A DNA stretch of 64,000 nt from Phyllobates terribilis (Eukaryota), in NCBI RefSeq assembly GCF_046119375.1, contig NW_027362770.1, positions 79,298,001-79,362,000 on the forward strand, read 5' to 3'. Below are positions 36,141-47,299 of the stretch, in pieces. Position 1 is the stretch's first letter. Each line of letters opens with the position of its first letter. Below the pieces are notes generated by a model. The model had not been told where the DNA came from. It ran no database searches and worked only from the letters and a program-made list of their open reading frames with translations. A program made the position numbers and the translations under genes.

Positions 36141-37465
36141 GGAGGTGATCTGGTAGATATAGTGAGGAATGATATGGTGATGGAGGATGAGGAGAAGGAG
36201 GAGGACATGAGCAAATAGACAAAATCAGGAAGCGTATACCCATGTCTGGGTGTAAAGACAGAGGTACATGGGAATAGTTTTTGAGTGTAGGTTACGCTGC
36301 TATCATTTGGTGGAGTTAAGAAGTCTGGCCCAATCCAGCCCTTGTTCATTTTTACAAGAGTCACCCTGTCAGCATTTTCAGTTGACAGGCACATGTGCCT
36401 ATCGGTTATAATTCCACCAGTGGCACTAAAAACTTGCTCTGATAAAACACTAGAGGCATTGTGGCACCCCAGGGGTCTGGTTTCCACAGTAACAGCAATG
36501 TTATGTCTGAGAGCAGGTGGGAGGTCTCTTGGTCAGGAATCCTATGCATGCCACACCTCCTGCCCAGTCCTGGGAGGGGAAGGACTTCCCCTATATAAAC
36601 CTGGGGCTGAGGCAGGGTTAGTGAGTAGAGAAGAAGTAGAGACAGAGAAAAGAAGCAAATATAGGAACAGAACATCAGGAGCTCTGTGGGAGCAGTGTTA
36701 CAAGGAGTCAGGGGCTGGCAGCTGCAGAGCTCGCCCTGACTGAGAAGATTTCTTACCGGACCCGGAGTCCGAGGCTGTGGGGACTAACTCCTACCCAGCA
36801 GCAGAATCCGTCAGGCAGGGGATTCCAGGTCCTCTGGCCAAGAAACCCGAAGGCACGGTCACACACATGGGATCAGCACCGCCATCGTGGAGCGGAAGCC
36901 ACTAGAAGGCCCCGAGTCACCGGCCATACGGGTGAGCACCACACGGTACACTCAGGGACGTGGGCTACTTTTACCCGCCTCTAGCAAGGTAGCCAGAAGA
37001 GTACAGTTAGTTTGGGAGGCCTACAACTCCGCCTGGCCAGGGGAGATCCCATCTGCTCAAGGACTGACCAGGCCCCAATCGCTAGCCAGTACTCCGGGAG
37101 GGTCTATCTTTGTCACCAGTAAAGACCCTGAACTACACCGTACCGTCTCCGAGTGGTTCCTGCTACCCCCATCGTCCACGTCGGCTGCCCTGAGGCCATA
37201 CCCCTCCCGTTGGGGGTTATACTATCACGCTGCACAATCCTACCACCGGCCTCAGCGGTCTGCCCTGCAGCGGCAGCTCCATAGCTGCATTCAACGGGTG
37301 GCGTAGTCGTCCAACATCTACCGCTAATACAGCGCCACTTAGTCTGACTCCCTGGGCACGGACCGGGTCACCGCCACGAGACTACTACCCTCAACAGATC
37401 CGGCTCCGGGTAAGCTCCCGCGTGCGCAACGCTGCGCGACACAGGCCCAGGGGTGCGTCAACTTT

Positions 37466-37483
37466 TGGCGTAGTCGGCAGGAT
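37466..37483 (+). promoter_or_regulatory. Primer binding site, tRNA-Ser
   Basis: TGGCGTAGTCGGCAGGAT is the 18-nt complement of the 3' end of vertebrate tRNA-Ser(AGA/UGA) (...ATCCTGCCGACTACGCCA), 5 nt after the 5' LTR. Confidence 0.9.
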
Positions 37484-37891
37484 CTCGTGTCCGCAACCAC
37501 CGGGTACTGCGTGCCTGAAAAAGACTGTTCAAACTTACCTGTGGTGAAGATTCCCGCCATCCGGCGCCATCTTCCGCTTCCTTCCCGCCATCGGTGGAGT
37601 TTTCCCGCCATCTTCAGCCTTCTTCCCGCCATACGTGGAGTTTTCCCGCCATTGGACGCCATCTTGAGGACGCCGCGCGGGAAGAAGAGGGGCGTGGACT
37701 CCGAAAGCGCGCGAGAACTGAAGCCCCGCCTCACGTCCGGACGTTGCGTAAGGTCCTGGAAGGAGCCCAGCAGACGCCGACGTCACAGGAGCGCGACGGA
37801 AGGCCCTCAACCCTGACGATCCACTGCGGAGCCGCGGCCTACGGAAGAGGATCATCGCAAGGTAGGCCACGGTCCACTAGGGGGGAGAAGG

Positions 37892-38872
37892 ATGCCCGAT
37901 ACGGAGGAGAGCTTCACCGCTTCAACCCCCGCCAGCGCCACCGCTGTTGCGGTCATGCCTTTCACCATGCCCTATATCCCGGGGGCAGCCTGGCTACCCC
38001 AGTACTCAGGGGAGTCACATGCCCTGCATGACTTTAGAGAAAAGCTGGATAGCCTCTTCCAGGTGTACCCCCTCACAGAGGAGCAAAAAGTGAGCATCCT
38101 GGTGGCCCAATTAACCGGGGCAGCCCAAAGGGAGGTAAAGTCCTGGCCACCTGGGGGAAGGACTGTCGCAGGGATACTAACCCGGCTGAGGGACACCTTT
38201 GATACCCACACCTCAGCCGAGATCAAGCTTAGATTCTACGGGTGCAAACAGCGGGCACATGAGAGTATAAGGGACTATGCCCTGAACCTACAAGAGGCCC
38301 TGAGAGCCATTTAGCAGACCGACCCTGACGGCGTGGGAGACGAGGACAGGCTGTTGACTGAACAATTTATAGAGGGTTTATATTGCAATGCCCACCGAAC
38401 CCAGTTGCGGGCAATGGCCTTACAGGACCCTCATCTGGGATTTGCACAGTTCAAGGACAGAGCCATCCGGGTGCTCCGAGAACCGGCACCAGGTGGCGTT
38501 GTGACCCACAGACGCCCTACTACCACTTACCACCAGGAGGCGGCGCCCTTGTCGGCAGGGCCTGTGGGAGCTGATGCGCAGGCTTTGAGCAATGACCCGG
38601 CTCCAGACCTACACCATCAGGTCCAAGAGCTAGCTAAAAGCGTTGCTGCGCTAACCCGAACTGTGCAGTCTTTACAGGTTTCTACTCCAGGGAAGATCCA
38701 GCTGGCATCCGGACCGGAGGACATCCCGTGGCGTCGACCAAGGAGGACCCCACCGGCCAGAGGAAGACCCAGCGACCGATACAACGAGGACGGACGACCC
38801 ATCTGCCGCCGCTGTAATCAACCCGGACATATGGCAAGGTACTGTCCTTTAAACTGGCACAACCTAGGGTAG
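37892..38872 (+). pseudogene. Gypsy gag (capsid + CCHC knuckle) with one in-frame stop
   Basis: ORFs 37892-38314 and 38333-38872 share a frame, separated by TAG at 38312-38314; knuckle CRRCNQPGHMARYC. Confidence 0.9.
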
Positions 38873-38906
38873 AGGGCCAACCCCTAGGAAAAAGATCATC
38901 AGGCCC
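38848..38906 (+). promoter_or_regulatory. -1 ribosomal frameshift signal (slippery heptamer + predicted pseudoknot)
   Basis: T TTA AAC in gag phase at 38848-38854; the -1 frame is open into the protease ORF at 38929; stems CCTAGGG/CCCTAGG and GGGCC/GGCCC. Confidence 0.85.
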
Positions 38907-41900
38907 ATCGAACTGGCGCGACAAATATGTGGGAGGACGTCCAGTCTTGCCTGTGGTACTGGATGGCATTCCTATGAGTGCCCTACTGGACACCGGGTCA
39001 CAGGTCACCACCATCCCGTACGTGCTCTTCAAGCAGTACTGGAATGACTCGGATATTACCCGCTACCCTGACGACGACTTGAGTATCATCGCCAGCAATG
39101 GTCAGCCCGTGCCACAGATCGGATTTAAAGAGGTGACCATTAAAATTGGTAGAGTTGAACTGGCAGCACAGGGACTGATCATTGTAGACATTGACAAACA
39201 CGAGAGTCACCCAAAGATAACTCTAGGAACTAATGTAATTGAAAATTGTCTTGCAGAGGTGATTTTCCTTTTACAGCAGGTTGCCAAGAACGCCAGCTCT
39301 GGCGAGCAGCGAGTGCTCCAAAAAGAGATCCGGGCACTGATGCGACGGCAGCAGGTGGAACTCTCCGGCGGTGAGATTGGTAGCGTGAGAATGTGTGACC
39401 CTTTCCCTATTGCCATGCCCCAAAAAGTGAAATGATTATTTGGTGCCGGGCAATGGTAGAACCAGTTTACTCAGACAGTAGGCCCACCATCTTGACAGCA
39501 CGGGGGGTGGTTAATGTACGCCATGGGAGGGTGCCCGTTCGCATAATCAATATCGGGAAGAGGGAAGTGTACCTGCCCCGGTATGCCACGCTAGCCAAAT
39601 TATATACCATTAACCAAAATGCTATACAATCTGTGGAACCCTTGCCTCCATCTCACCCGGAGGAAGGTAACGGCTCTAAGAAAACAATGGAGGACTGGTG
39701 TCAGCAACTACATTTGGGTACTGACTCCACTCCCTCACACCAGAAACAGGGAGTCTATCGGGTGGTTCAAGAGTACGAGAGAGTGTTTAGTAAACACCCG
39801 TTAGACTTCGGGCGAGTCGAGGGGGTAGAACACCACATCCCCACGGGAGACCATCCTCCCATAAAAGAGAGGTATCGACCCGTACCCCCTACACACTACC
39901 AACACGCCAAGGGGATGCTTAGAGACAGGGCAGCTCCACTATTCTTAGTCAAAAAGAAAGACAACACCATGAGGATGTGTGTAGATTACCGGAAAATCAA
40001 CCGTATCACACACAAGGATGCGTACCCCTTACCAAGGATAGAGGAGTCTTTGGCTGCTTTAAGATCTGCTAACTTCTTCTCTACCTTGGATCTCACTAGT
40101 GGGTACTGGCAGGTTCCTGTAGCAGAGGCGGACCGGGAGAAGACCGCATTCACCACCCCGATGGGACTTAGCGAGTTTACCTGCATGCCGTTCGGACTCT
40201 GCAACGCACCAGGAACCTTCCAACGATTAATGGAGTGCTGATGGGCCACAGAAACTTCGAGACGGTCCTGTTGTACCTGGACGATGTCATCGTATATTCT
40301 AAGACTTATGAGGACCACCTGAAACACCTGGCGGAAGTGTTCGAAGCTCTGGCAAGCTACGGCCTAAAGGTGAAACCCTCCAAGTGTCACCTCCTGAAAC
40401 CAAAGGTGCAGTACCTGGGACACGTGGTGAGCGCTGACGGAGTGGCTCCCGACCCTGATAAGATCACCGCAATTAAGGAATGGCCAAGTCCCTCCAGTGT
40501 AAAGGAAGTGCGGCAGTTCCTCGGGTTGGTAGGCTACTACCGCAGGTTCATCCCCTGTTTCACCAAAAAGGCAGCTCCTATGCAGGACCTCCTGATAGGC
40601 CAGTCCCGGAAGGCCAAGAACCAGAAGCCGCCCTTCAGATGGGAGAAGTTGGAAGAAGAGTCCTTCCGCCAGCTGAAGATGGCCCTCACGGGGGATGAAA
40701 TCCTGGCGTACCCGGATTACAGCCAGCCCTTTATCCTCTACACCGACGCAAGTAACATCGGGCTAGGAGCCGTGGTGTCCCAGATCCAGCAGGGGAAAGA
40801 GCGAGTAATCGCTTACGCCAGCCGAAAACTGCGACCCACCGAAAGAAACCCTGAGAATTACAACTCATTTAAGCTAGAGTTCCTGGCAGTGGTGTGGGCA
40901 GTCACCGAACGCTTTAAGCACTACCTCGCTTCTTCCCGGTTCGTCGTGTACACGGATAACAACCCGTTGACACACCTGGACACGGCAAGACTCGGTGCCC
41001 TAGAGCAGAGATGGATGGCCCGCCTGTCCAACTACGAGTTCACCATCAAATACCGGGCAGGACGCTCCAATACCAACGCGGACGCCCTGTCCAGGATGCC
41101 AAACCTACCGGACGTAGGAGAAGATCCAGAGGGACTGGAAGAAGTCGAACTCCCCGCGTTTCACCGTCATGGGACTATCCAGTATTCCCATCGGGTAAGG
41201 AGTAAGCAAGGCGCTACGCTTAACCCCTTACCTCACTACAACTGGGCGGAAACGCAAGACAGTGACCCTGCCGTCCGGCTGGTGAAGGAGATGCTGACTC
41301 GGCCAGAGGCTCGCCTTGACCCAGACGCTCCGGAGGAAGCCAAGCAACTGTGGGCAGAAAAGAGTAGACTGTTCCTTTACAAGGGGAAGTTGTGCCGCAG
41401 GATGGTTAACTCCCGGACGCATGAACTAATCTGGCAAGTAGTGGTGCCACGGAGAGACGCAGCCATGGTGATGGAAGCATACTACGACGGGGCTGGACAC
41501 TTCGGATGGAAGAAGCTGGAGTTCCTGCTGCGTGGGCGGTTCCACTGGGTAGGCATGAGGGGAACCATCGAGAGGTGGTGCAGAGACTGTGGCCCGTGCA
41601 ACCTAAGAAGGAAGGACCGTGCCAGCCAGAAGACTCCCCTGCAGTCCATCGTCACCCGGCAGCCGTTGGAACTGGTAGCCTTGGATCATGTAAAACTGAC
41701 CCCAAGCAGAAGTGGCTACGTCTACGCGTTAACCATTGTGGATCATTACTCCCGGTTCTTGGTTGTCGTCCCCGTTAAGGACTTAACGGCTCAAACAGCA
41801 GCTAGAGCCTTCCAGCAGCACTTCTGCCGTCCACACGGGTACCCGGACCAAGTGCTGACGGACCAGGGACCTGCCTTTGAAGCGGAGGTCTTCCAGGAAT

Positions 41901-42910
41901 TCTGCAATCTGTATGGCTGCCGGAAGATAAGGACGACACCCTATCATCCGCAAACTAATGGACTTTGTGAGAAAATGAACCAGGTGGTAATGGATCTCCT
42001 GAAAACGTTGCCCCTGGAAGAACGCAGTCTGTGGCCTGAGAAGCTGCCCGATCTGGTGGACCTATACAACCACATCCCGGTAGGTTCCACCAACTGTACC
42101 CCGGCTTATCTAATGAGGGCGAGACCTGGTAAGTTACCTGTTGACCTGGAAATGAGAGTCCTGACACCCGAGGACACTTCACCAGAAGCAGACTGGGACA
42201 CAGAGAGGCAGCAGCAGTACCGGAAAGTACAGGAGAGCGTGGATCGAAGTCTCTGTCAGGCTAGGGAAAGACAAGAGAAAACTTACAACCAGTATGCTCC
42301 CGCTGTTCCCCTGGTACCCGGACAGCAGGTCTTGAAGAGGAAAAGACGGCTCCACAAGTTGGACGACCAGTGGGAGAAGGACCCATACACCGTACTGCCC
42401 TCAAGCCACGAGAACCCGAAAGTCTGTACCATCAGTAAAGACGGAGGGGAGACCATAGCCATTGTATCCCGGGATCACCTGAAGAAGTGTCCTGAACAGC
42501 TACGGAGCCCTGAAGAGGAACAAGAAGACCATCGACCCGTAGAGGAAAGGGAAGATATGGTTAGTACTGTGCTCGGAGACTTCCCTCGGTCCTGGACCCA
42601 AGTCAATGGTGCAGTTGTGGTACCCGTCCTCACGTTCCTCCAACCAGCATCCCAAGTGCCTACGGAGCAACAGGTAGAGCTTGAAGAGCAGCCGGTCCAG
42701 GAGGCAGAAGACTCCACACAAGCAGAACAGGAGGATCAACCCTCTGCTTATAGTGAGCCTGCCGTACCCCTAGTGAGCCAAAGAGCCGGTAGACAGCTGC
42801 CCAGTTTACCCTTGACAGCTCCTACACCCTGTAGTTCAGGGCTAGACAGTCAGCTCCGTAGGTCCACTAGGGCCACTAGAGGCCAGTTACCCGCACGTTG
42901 GAGGATTTGA
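38854..42910 (+). pseudogene. Gypsy pol (protease, RT, RNase H, integrase), two frameshifts
   Basis: LLDTGSQV; DLTSGYWQV; LYLDDVIV; YTDASN; NADALSR; HHCC (GHFG...CGPC); ALDHVKL...TDQGPAF...GLCE. Frame breaks near 39430 and 40238. Confidence 0.95.
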
Positions 42911-43257
42911 AGTGTATAAATTGTTTTATTTGTGGTTACCTGTTTTTCTTGTTGCTTGTGTATAATTATGTGTTTCTAGTTGTTTATAGGAGTCTTTGGT
43001 GGATTTACCGGGAATCCTGTGTACATAGTTGGAGCGTAACCCAGGACGGACTAAAGACTGTTAAGGACTCGGGGCAGGACAGACCCCTACCTGGTTACGT
43101 CTCCCTGTTTTGGTGAAATGGACACCTTGCTTTCTTCAAAGACTGCACCCGGTTACGGACATGCCGTGACCACCTTTATGTGTTTCTTTATTGTATTGTT
43201 ATTGTTATATCTTGTTATGTTTTTCTAAAATATGTTTAGTCCCGGAGTACTAAATTT

Positions 43258-43270
43258 CACTAGGGGGGAA
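43258..43270 (+). promoter_or_regulatory. Polypurine tract
   Basis: CACTAGGGGGGAA directly before the 3' LTR TG. Confidence 0.85.
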
Positions 43271-46200
43271 TGTGGCACCCCAGGGGTCTGGTTTCCACAG
43301 TAACAGCAATGTTATGTCTGAGAGCAGGTGGGAGGTCTCTTGGTCAGGAATCCTATGCATGCCACACCTCCTGCCCAGTCCTGGGAGGGGAAGGACTTCC
43401 CCTATATAAACCTGGGGCTGAGGCAGGGTTAGTGAGTAGAGAAGAAGTAGAGACAGAGAAAAGAAGCAAATATAGGAACAGAACATCAGGAGCTCTGTGG
43501 GAGCAGTGTTACAAGGAGTCAGGGGCTGGCAGCTGCAGAGCTCGCCCTGACTGAGAAGATTTCTTACCGGACCCTGAGTCCGAGGCTGTGGGGACTAACT
43601 CCTACCCAGCAGCAGAATCCGTCAGGCAGGGGATTCCAGGTCCTCTGGCCAAGAAACCCGAAGGCACGGTCACACGCATGGGACCAGCACCGCCATCGTG
43701 GAGCGGAAGCCACTAGAAGGCCCCGAGTCACCGGCCATACGGGTGAGCACCACACGGTACACTCAGGGACGTGGGCTACTTTTACCCGCCTCTAGCAAGG
43801 TAGCCAGAAGAGTACAGTTAGTTTGGGAGGCCTACAACTCCGCCTGGCCAGGGGAGATCCCATCTGCTCAAGGACTGACCAGGCCCCAATCGCTAGCCAG
43901 TACTCCGGGAGGGTCTATCTTTGTCACCAATAAAGACCCTGAACTACACCGTATCGTCTCCGAGTGGTTCCTGCTACCCCCATCGTCCACGTCGGCTGCC
44001 CTGAGGCCATACCCCTCCCGTTGGGGGTTATACTATCACGCTGCACAATCCTACCACCGGCCTCAGCGGTCTGCCCTGCAGCGGCAGCTCCATAGCTGCA
44101 TTCAACGGGTGGCGTAGTCGTCCAACATCTACCGCTAATACAGCGCCACTTAGTCTGACTCCCTGGGCACGGACCGGGTCACCGCCACGAGACTACTACC
44201 CTCAACAGATCCGCGTGCGCAACGCTTCGCGACACAGGCCCAGGGGTGCGTCAGCATCGCAGGCCAGGACCTCCATGGCATAGATAGCCAGTTCATTCCA
44301 TGTGTCCAGCTCGGATGCCCAGAAATTATAAGGCACAGAGGAATCACGGAGGACATTGCTATGGTGTGCAAGGTACTCCCTCACCATCTTCTGAAACTTT
44401 GCACTTCTTGTGAGAGTACCCCGCACCTCAGGGCCTGTAAGATGGGAGGGTCTGAGAAAACTATCCCAGAACTTTGACTGTTCTCCTCCCTCTGCTGGAT
44501 AGCATTTGTGGCTCTCTCGCCTGTACTCGTTGGTTGTCCAACGAACTGTGACCTCTGCATTTTCAGATGGGAATCTTTTTAATAATTCCTAAACAAGGGC
44601 TTTCTGGTACTGCCCCATTTTAGTAGACCTATCCACTTCGGGAATAAGAGATAGAAAGTTCTCCTTGTAGCGTGGGTCTAGAAGTGTCACCAACCAGTAA
44701 TGACTGTCACACAAAATTTGGATTTTGCAATGCAAGGGTCATGGGAAAGACAGCATAACATAAACTCAGCCACGCGTGCCAGACTGCTAACAGGCAAAAC
44801 TTCCATGTCTTCACCAAGAGGACCACTGACCATGCTCTTCTACGCCTCCTCTTCCTCCTCCCTGTCCTCAGGCCATCCACGCTGAACAAACAGTATGACA
44901 GTTGTGAAGGTAGTACCATTTATAGCGCATGTAACTAGCTTCTCCTCCTCTTCCTCATTGTCACCCAATCCACGTTGGGAAGAGATGAGGCTGGGCTGTG
45001 TGTAATCACCCTGTATGGTTCCTTGCTGCATCTCATCGTGCTCTGCCTCCAATGCATCCTCTTTGATTGTGAGCAGAGAGCGTTTCAGAAGACAGAGAAG
45101 CGGGATGGTGATGCTAATTATTTTGTCATCACCGCTCACCATCTTGGTGGAGTCCTCAAAGTTTTGGAGGATGGTACAGATGTCTGACATCCATGTCCAC
45201 TCCTGAGGTCTTATGTGTGGAGTCTGAACTGAATACCAACGGCCTTTTTGATGCTGGTAGTCAACAACTGCCCTCTTCTGCTCACAAATCCTTCCCAACA
45301 TCTGCAATGTGGAGTTCCAACGCGTGGGGACATCACACACCAGTTGGTGAGCCGGAAGCTGCAAACGCTGCTGAAACACGGCAAGGGCGGTAGAAGCTGT
45401 AGGTGACTTTCTAAAATGGGCACACAGGCGGCGTACTTTGACAAGCAGATCCGGCAGCTCCGGGTAGGTTTTGAGAAACCACTGAACCACTCGGTTAAGC
45501 ACATGGGCCAGGCATGGTACGCGTGTGAGCTCCCCTCGCCTCAGAGCCGCCACCAGGTTCTGGCCATTGTCACACATGACCATGCCTGGATGTAGGTTCA
45601 GCGGTGTCAGCCACAGATTAACCTGCTCTTTCAGAGCTGTCCGCAACTCTTCAGCATTGTGTGGTTTGTCACCTTAGCATATTATCTTCAGCACAGCCTG
45701 TTGCCTCTTGGCCAGGCAGTGCTGCAGTGCTTCCAGCTTGCAACTGATGTGGTCATGTCGGAGATGGAGGAGGAGTTGCAGGAGCTGTAGAATGTGGGGG
45801 CAACCCTGATTGACCCAGGGCCCGCAATCCTCAATGTCGGGAGGATGTGTTCCGTCCCAAGGTCCTACTGGGTCCCGGATTCCACTATGTTAACCTAGTG
45901 TGCTGTCAGTGAGATGTACCGTCCCTGCCCACAAGCACTTGTCTATGTATCCGTGGTTAGGTGGACTTTCCCAGTAACTGCGTTGTTGAGGGCACAGCTA
46001 ATATTGTGGGACACGTGCTCATGTAATGCGGGGATGGCACACCAGGAGAAATAGTGGCGGCTGGGGACCGAGTACTGAGGGACGGCCACCGCCATCAGGT
46101 TGCGGAAATCTTCCGTCTCGACGCGCCTAAAAGGCAACATTTCGAGTGCAAGCAGTCGTGAAATGTGTGAATTTAGTAGTGTGGCCTGTGGGACGTTGGC

Positions 46201-47299
46201 TGCGTATTTGCACTTGTGTTCCAAGGACTGGGGTAGGGACAACTGAACGCTGCGCTGGGACAAGGACGTGCTTGCTAATGGTGCTAGTTGAGAGTCTGCA
46301 ATGACAGGTGCTGGGCAGGAGGCATCTTCGCATGTGCCATAGAAAGAGGATTGGCTTGCATGCATAACAGCGTAACAAGCAGTGGTACCACCAGCAGACA
46401 CTGTTCCTGGACCCTAGGGCTTGGCCCACTTAGTCAGGTGCTTTGCTGCCATTTGCCTGATCATGCTGGTGGTGGTCAGGTTGGTAGTTTTGCTACCCCA
46501 GCTGATGCTGGTCTGACAGGTAGTGCAAATTGCCTTTTTGGGGTTATTGGCAGAGTCTTTAAAAAATAACCAGACTTGGGAAGACCTAACAGTTGTACTG
46601 GCAACTTCCGTCGTGTTGATGTTATGGGGAGTGGTTGACCGCCTTCTGTCTGTGGCCACCACACTGCTTCTTCCTGCCTGTTGTGGTGCTATGCCTCCCT
46701 CCTCCTGTTTGCTGCTGTCCTCACTCTGTATGTCCCCCAGGCAGGTTGGGTCAGTTACTGTACCATCCACCACCTCGTCTTCCACTTCCGCACCCTGGTC
46801 CTCCTCCTGACTTTCTGTCAATTGTGTCTCATCATCGTCCACCTCTTGTGACACATTCCCACCGTCGCCTTTGTGTAACCATGGCTCCTCAAATATTTGG
46901 GCATCGCTTCATGCGATCTCCTCTTGCCCCACTTCAAGTGGACTGGGCGAGAGGCCCGAATCTATAAATGGAAAAGTGAACAGCTCTTCGGAGTGTCCAT
47001 GTATGGGATCAGTTGTCTCCGGGCACTCGGCAAAGTAGTAGGAAGGAGGATCAGGGTGAGGAATATGCAGTCCAGACTCACGGCTACTGAGACTTGACCG
47101 TGTGGAAGACAGGATGGTGGTGGTGGTGGCTAAGTGACTGGAAGCATTATCTGCTATCCAACCAATAGCAGATATTCTGTGTTCAATAGTGGTGTTCTGC
47201 GGTCCCCTATTAATTGGGAAAGGAAGGTCGAGCGAGAAGATGTGGGTGTCTGTTGTGGCACAATTTCAGCTAGTCCAGAGCAGTGTAAATAGCTGGTCT

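Larger units (their letters stand above)
36460..44253 (+). mobile_element. Near full-length Ty3/Gypsy LTR retrotransposon (gag, PR-RT-RH-IN)
   Basis: LTRs 36460-37460 and 43271-44253 (TGTGGCACCCC...GGGGTGCGTCA), nearly identical apart from a few substitutions and one 18-bp indel; TSD GCAT; PBS and PPT present. Confidence 0.97.
36290..47275 (-). pseudogene. hAT-2 transposase pseudogene split by the Gypsy element
   Basis: Fragments 46414-46854 (BED finger CTTC), 45943-46401 (HLTTDT), 44840-45646 (MCDNG, CLAH, CDVPTRWNST) and EVLAC|DASSVLSEQVFSA across the Gypsy insertion. Confidence 0.92.

Noticed and set aside
36342-37306. ORFs repeated in each LTR (MERKPLEGPES... at 36887, 43698, 52768)
   Set aside because: They recur only because the LTRs are copies; starts are non-ATG, and I saw no counterpart in the more divergent LTRs.
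37466-37483. tRNA gene
   Set aside because: Only the 18-nt complement of a tRNA 3' end, including the CCA complement, is present; it is a PBS, not a cloverleaf.
38312-38320. Programmed stop-codon readthrough in gag
   Set aside because: Context TAG CAG ACC does not match the UAG CAR YYA motif, the stop is mid-capsid, and pol has other lesions; a point mutation is simpler.
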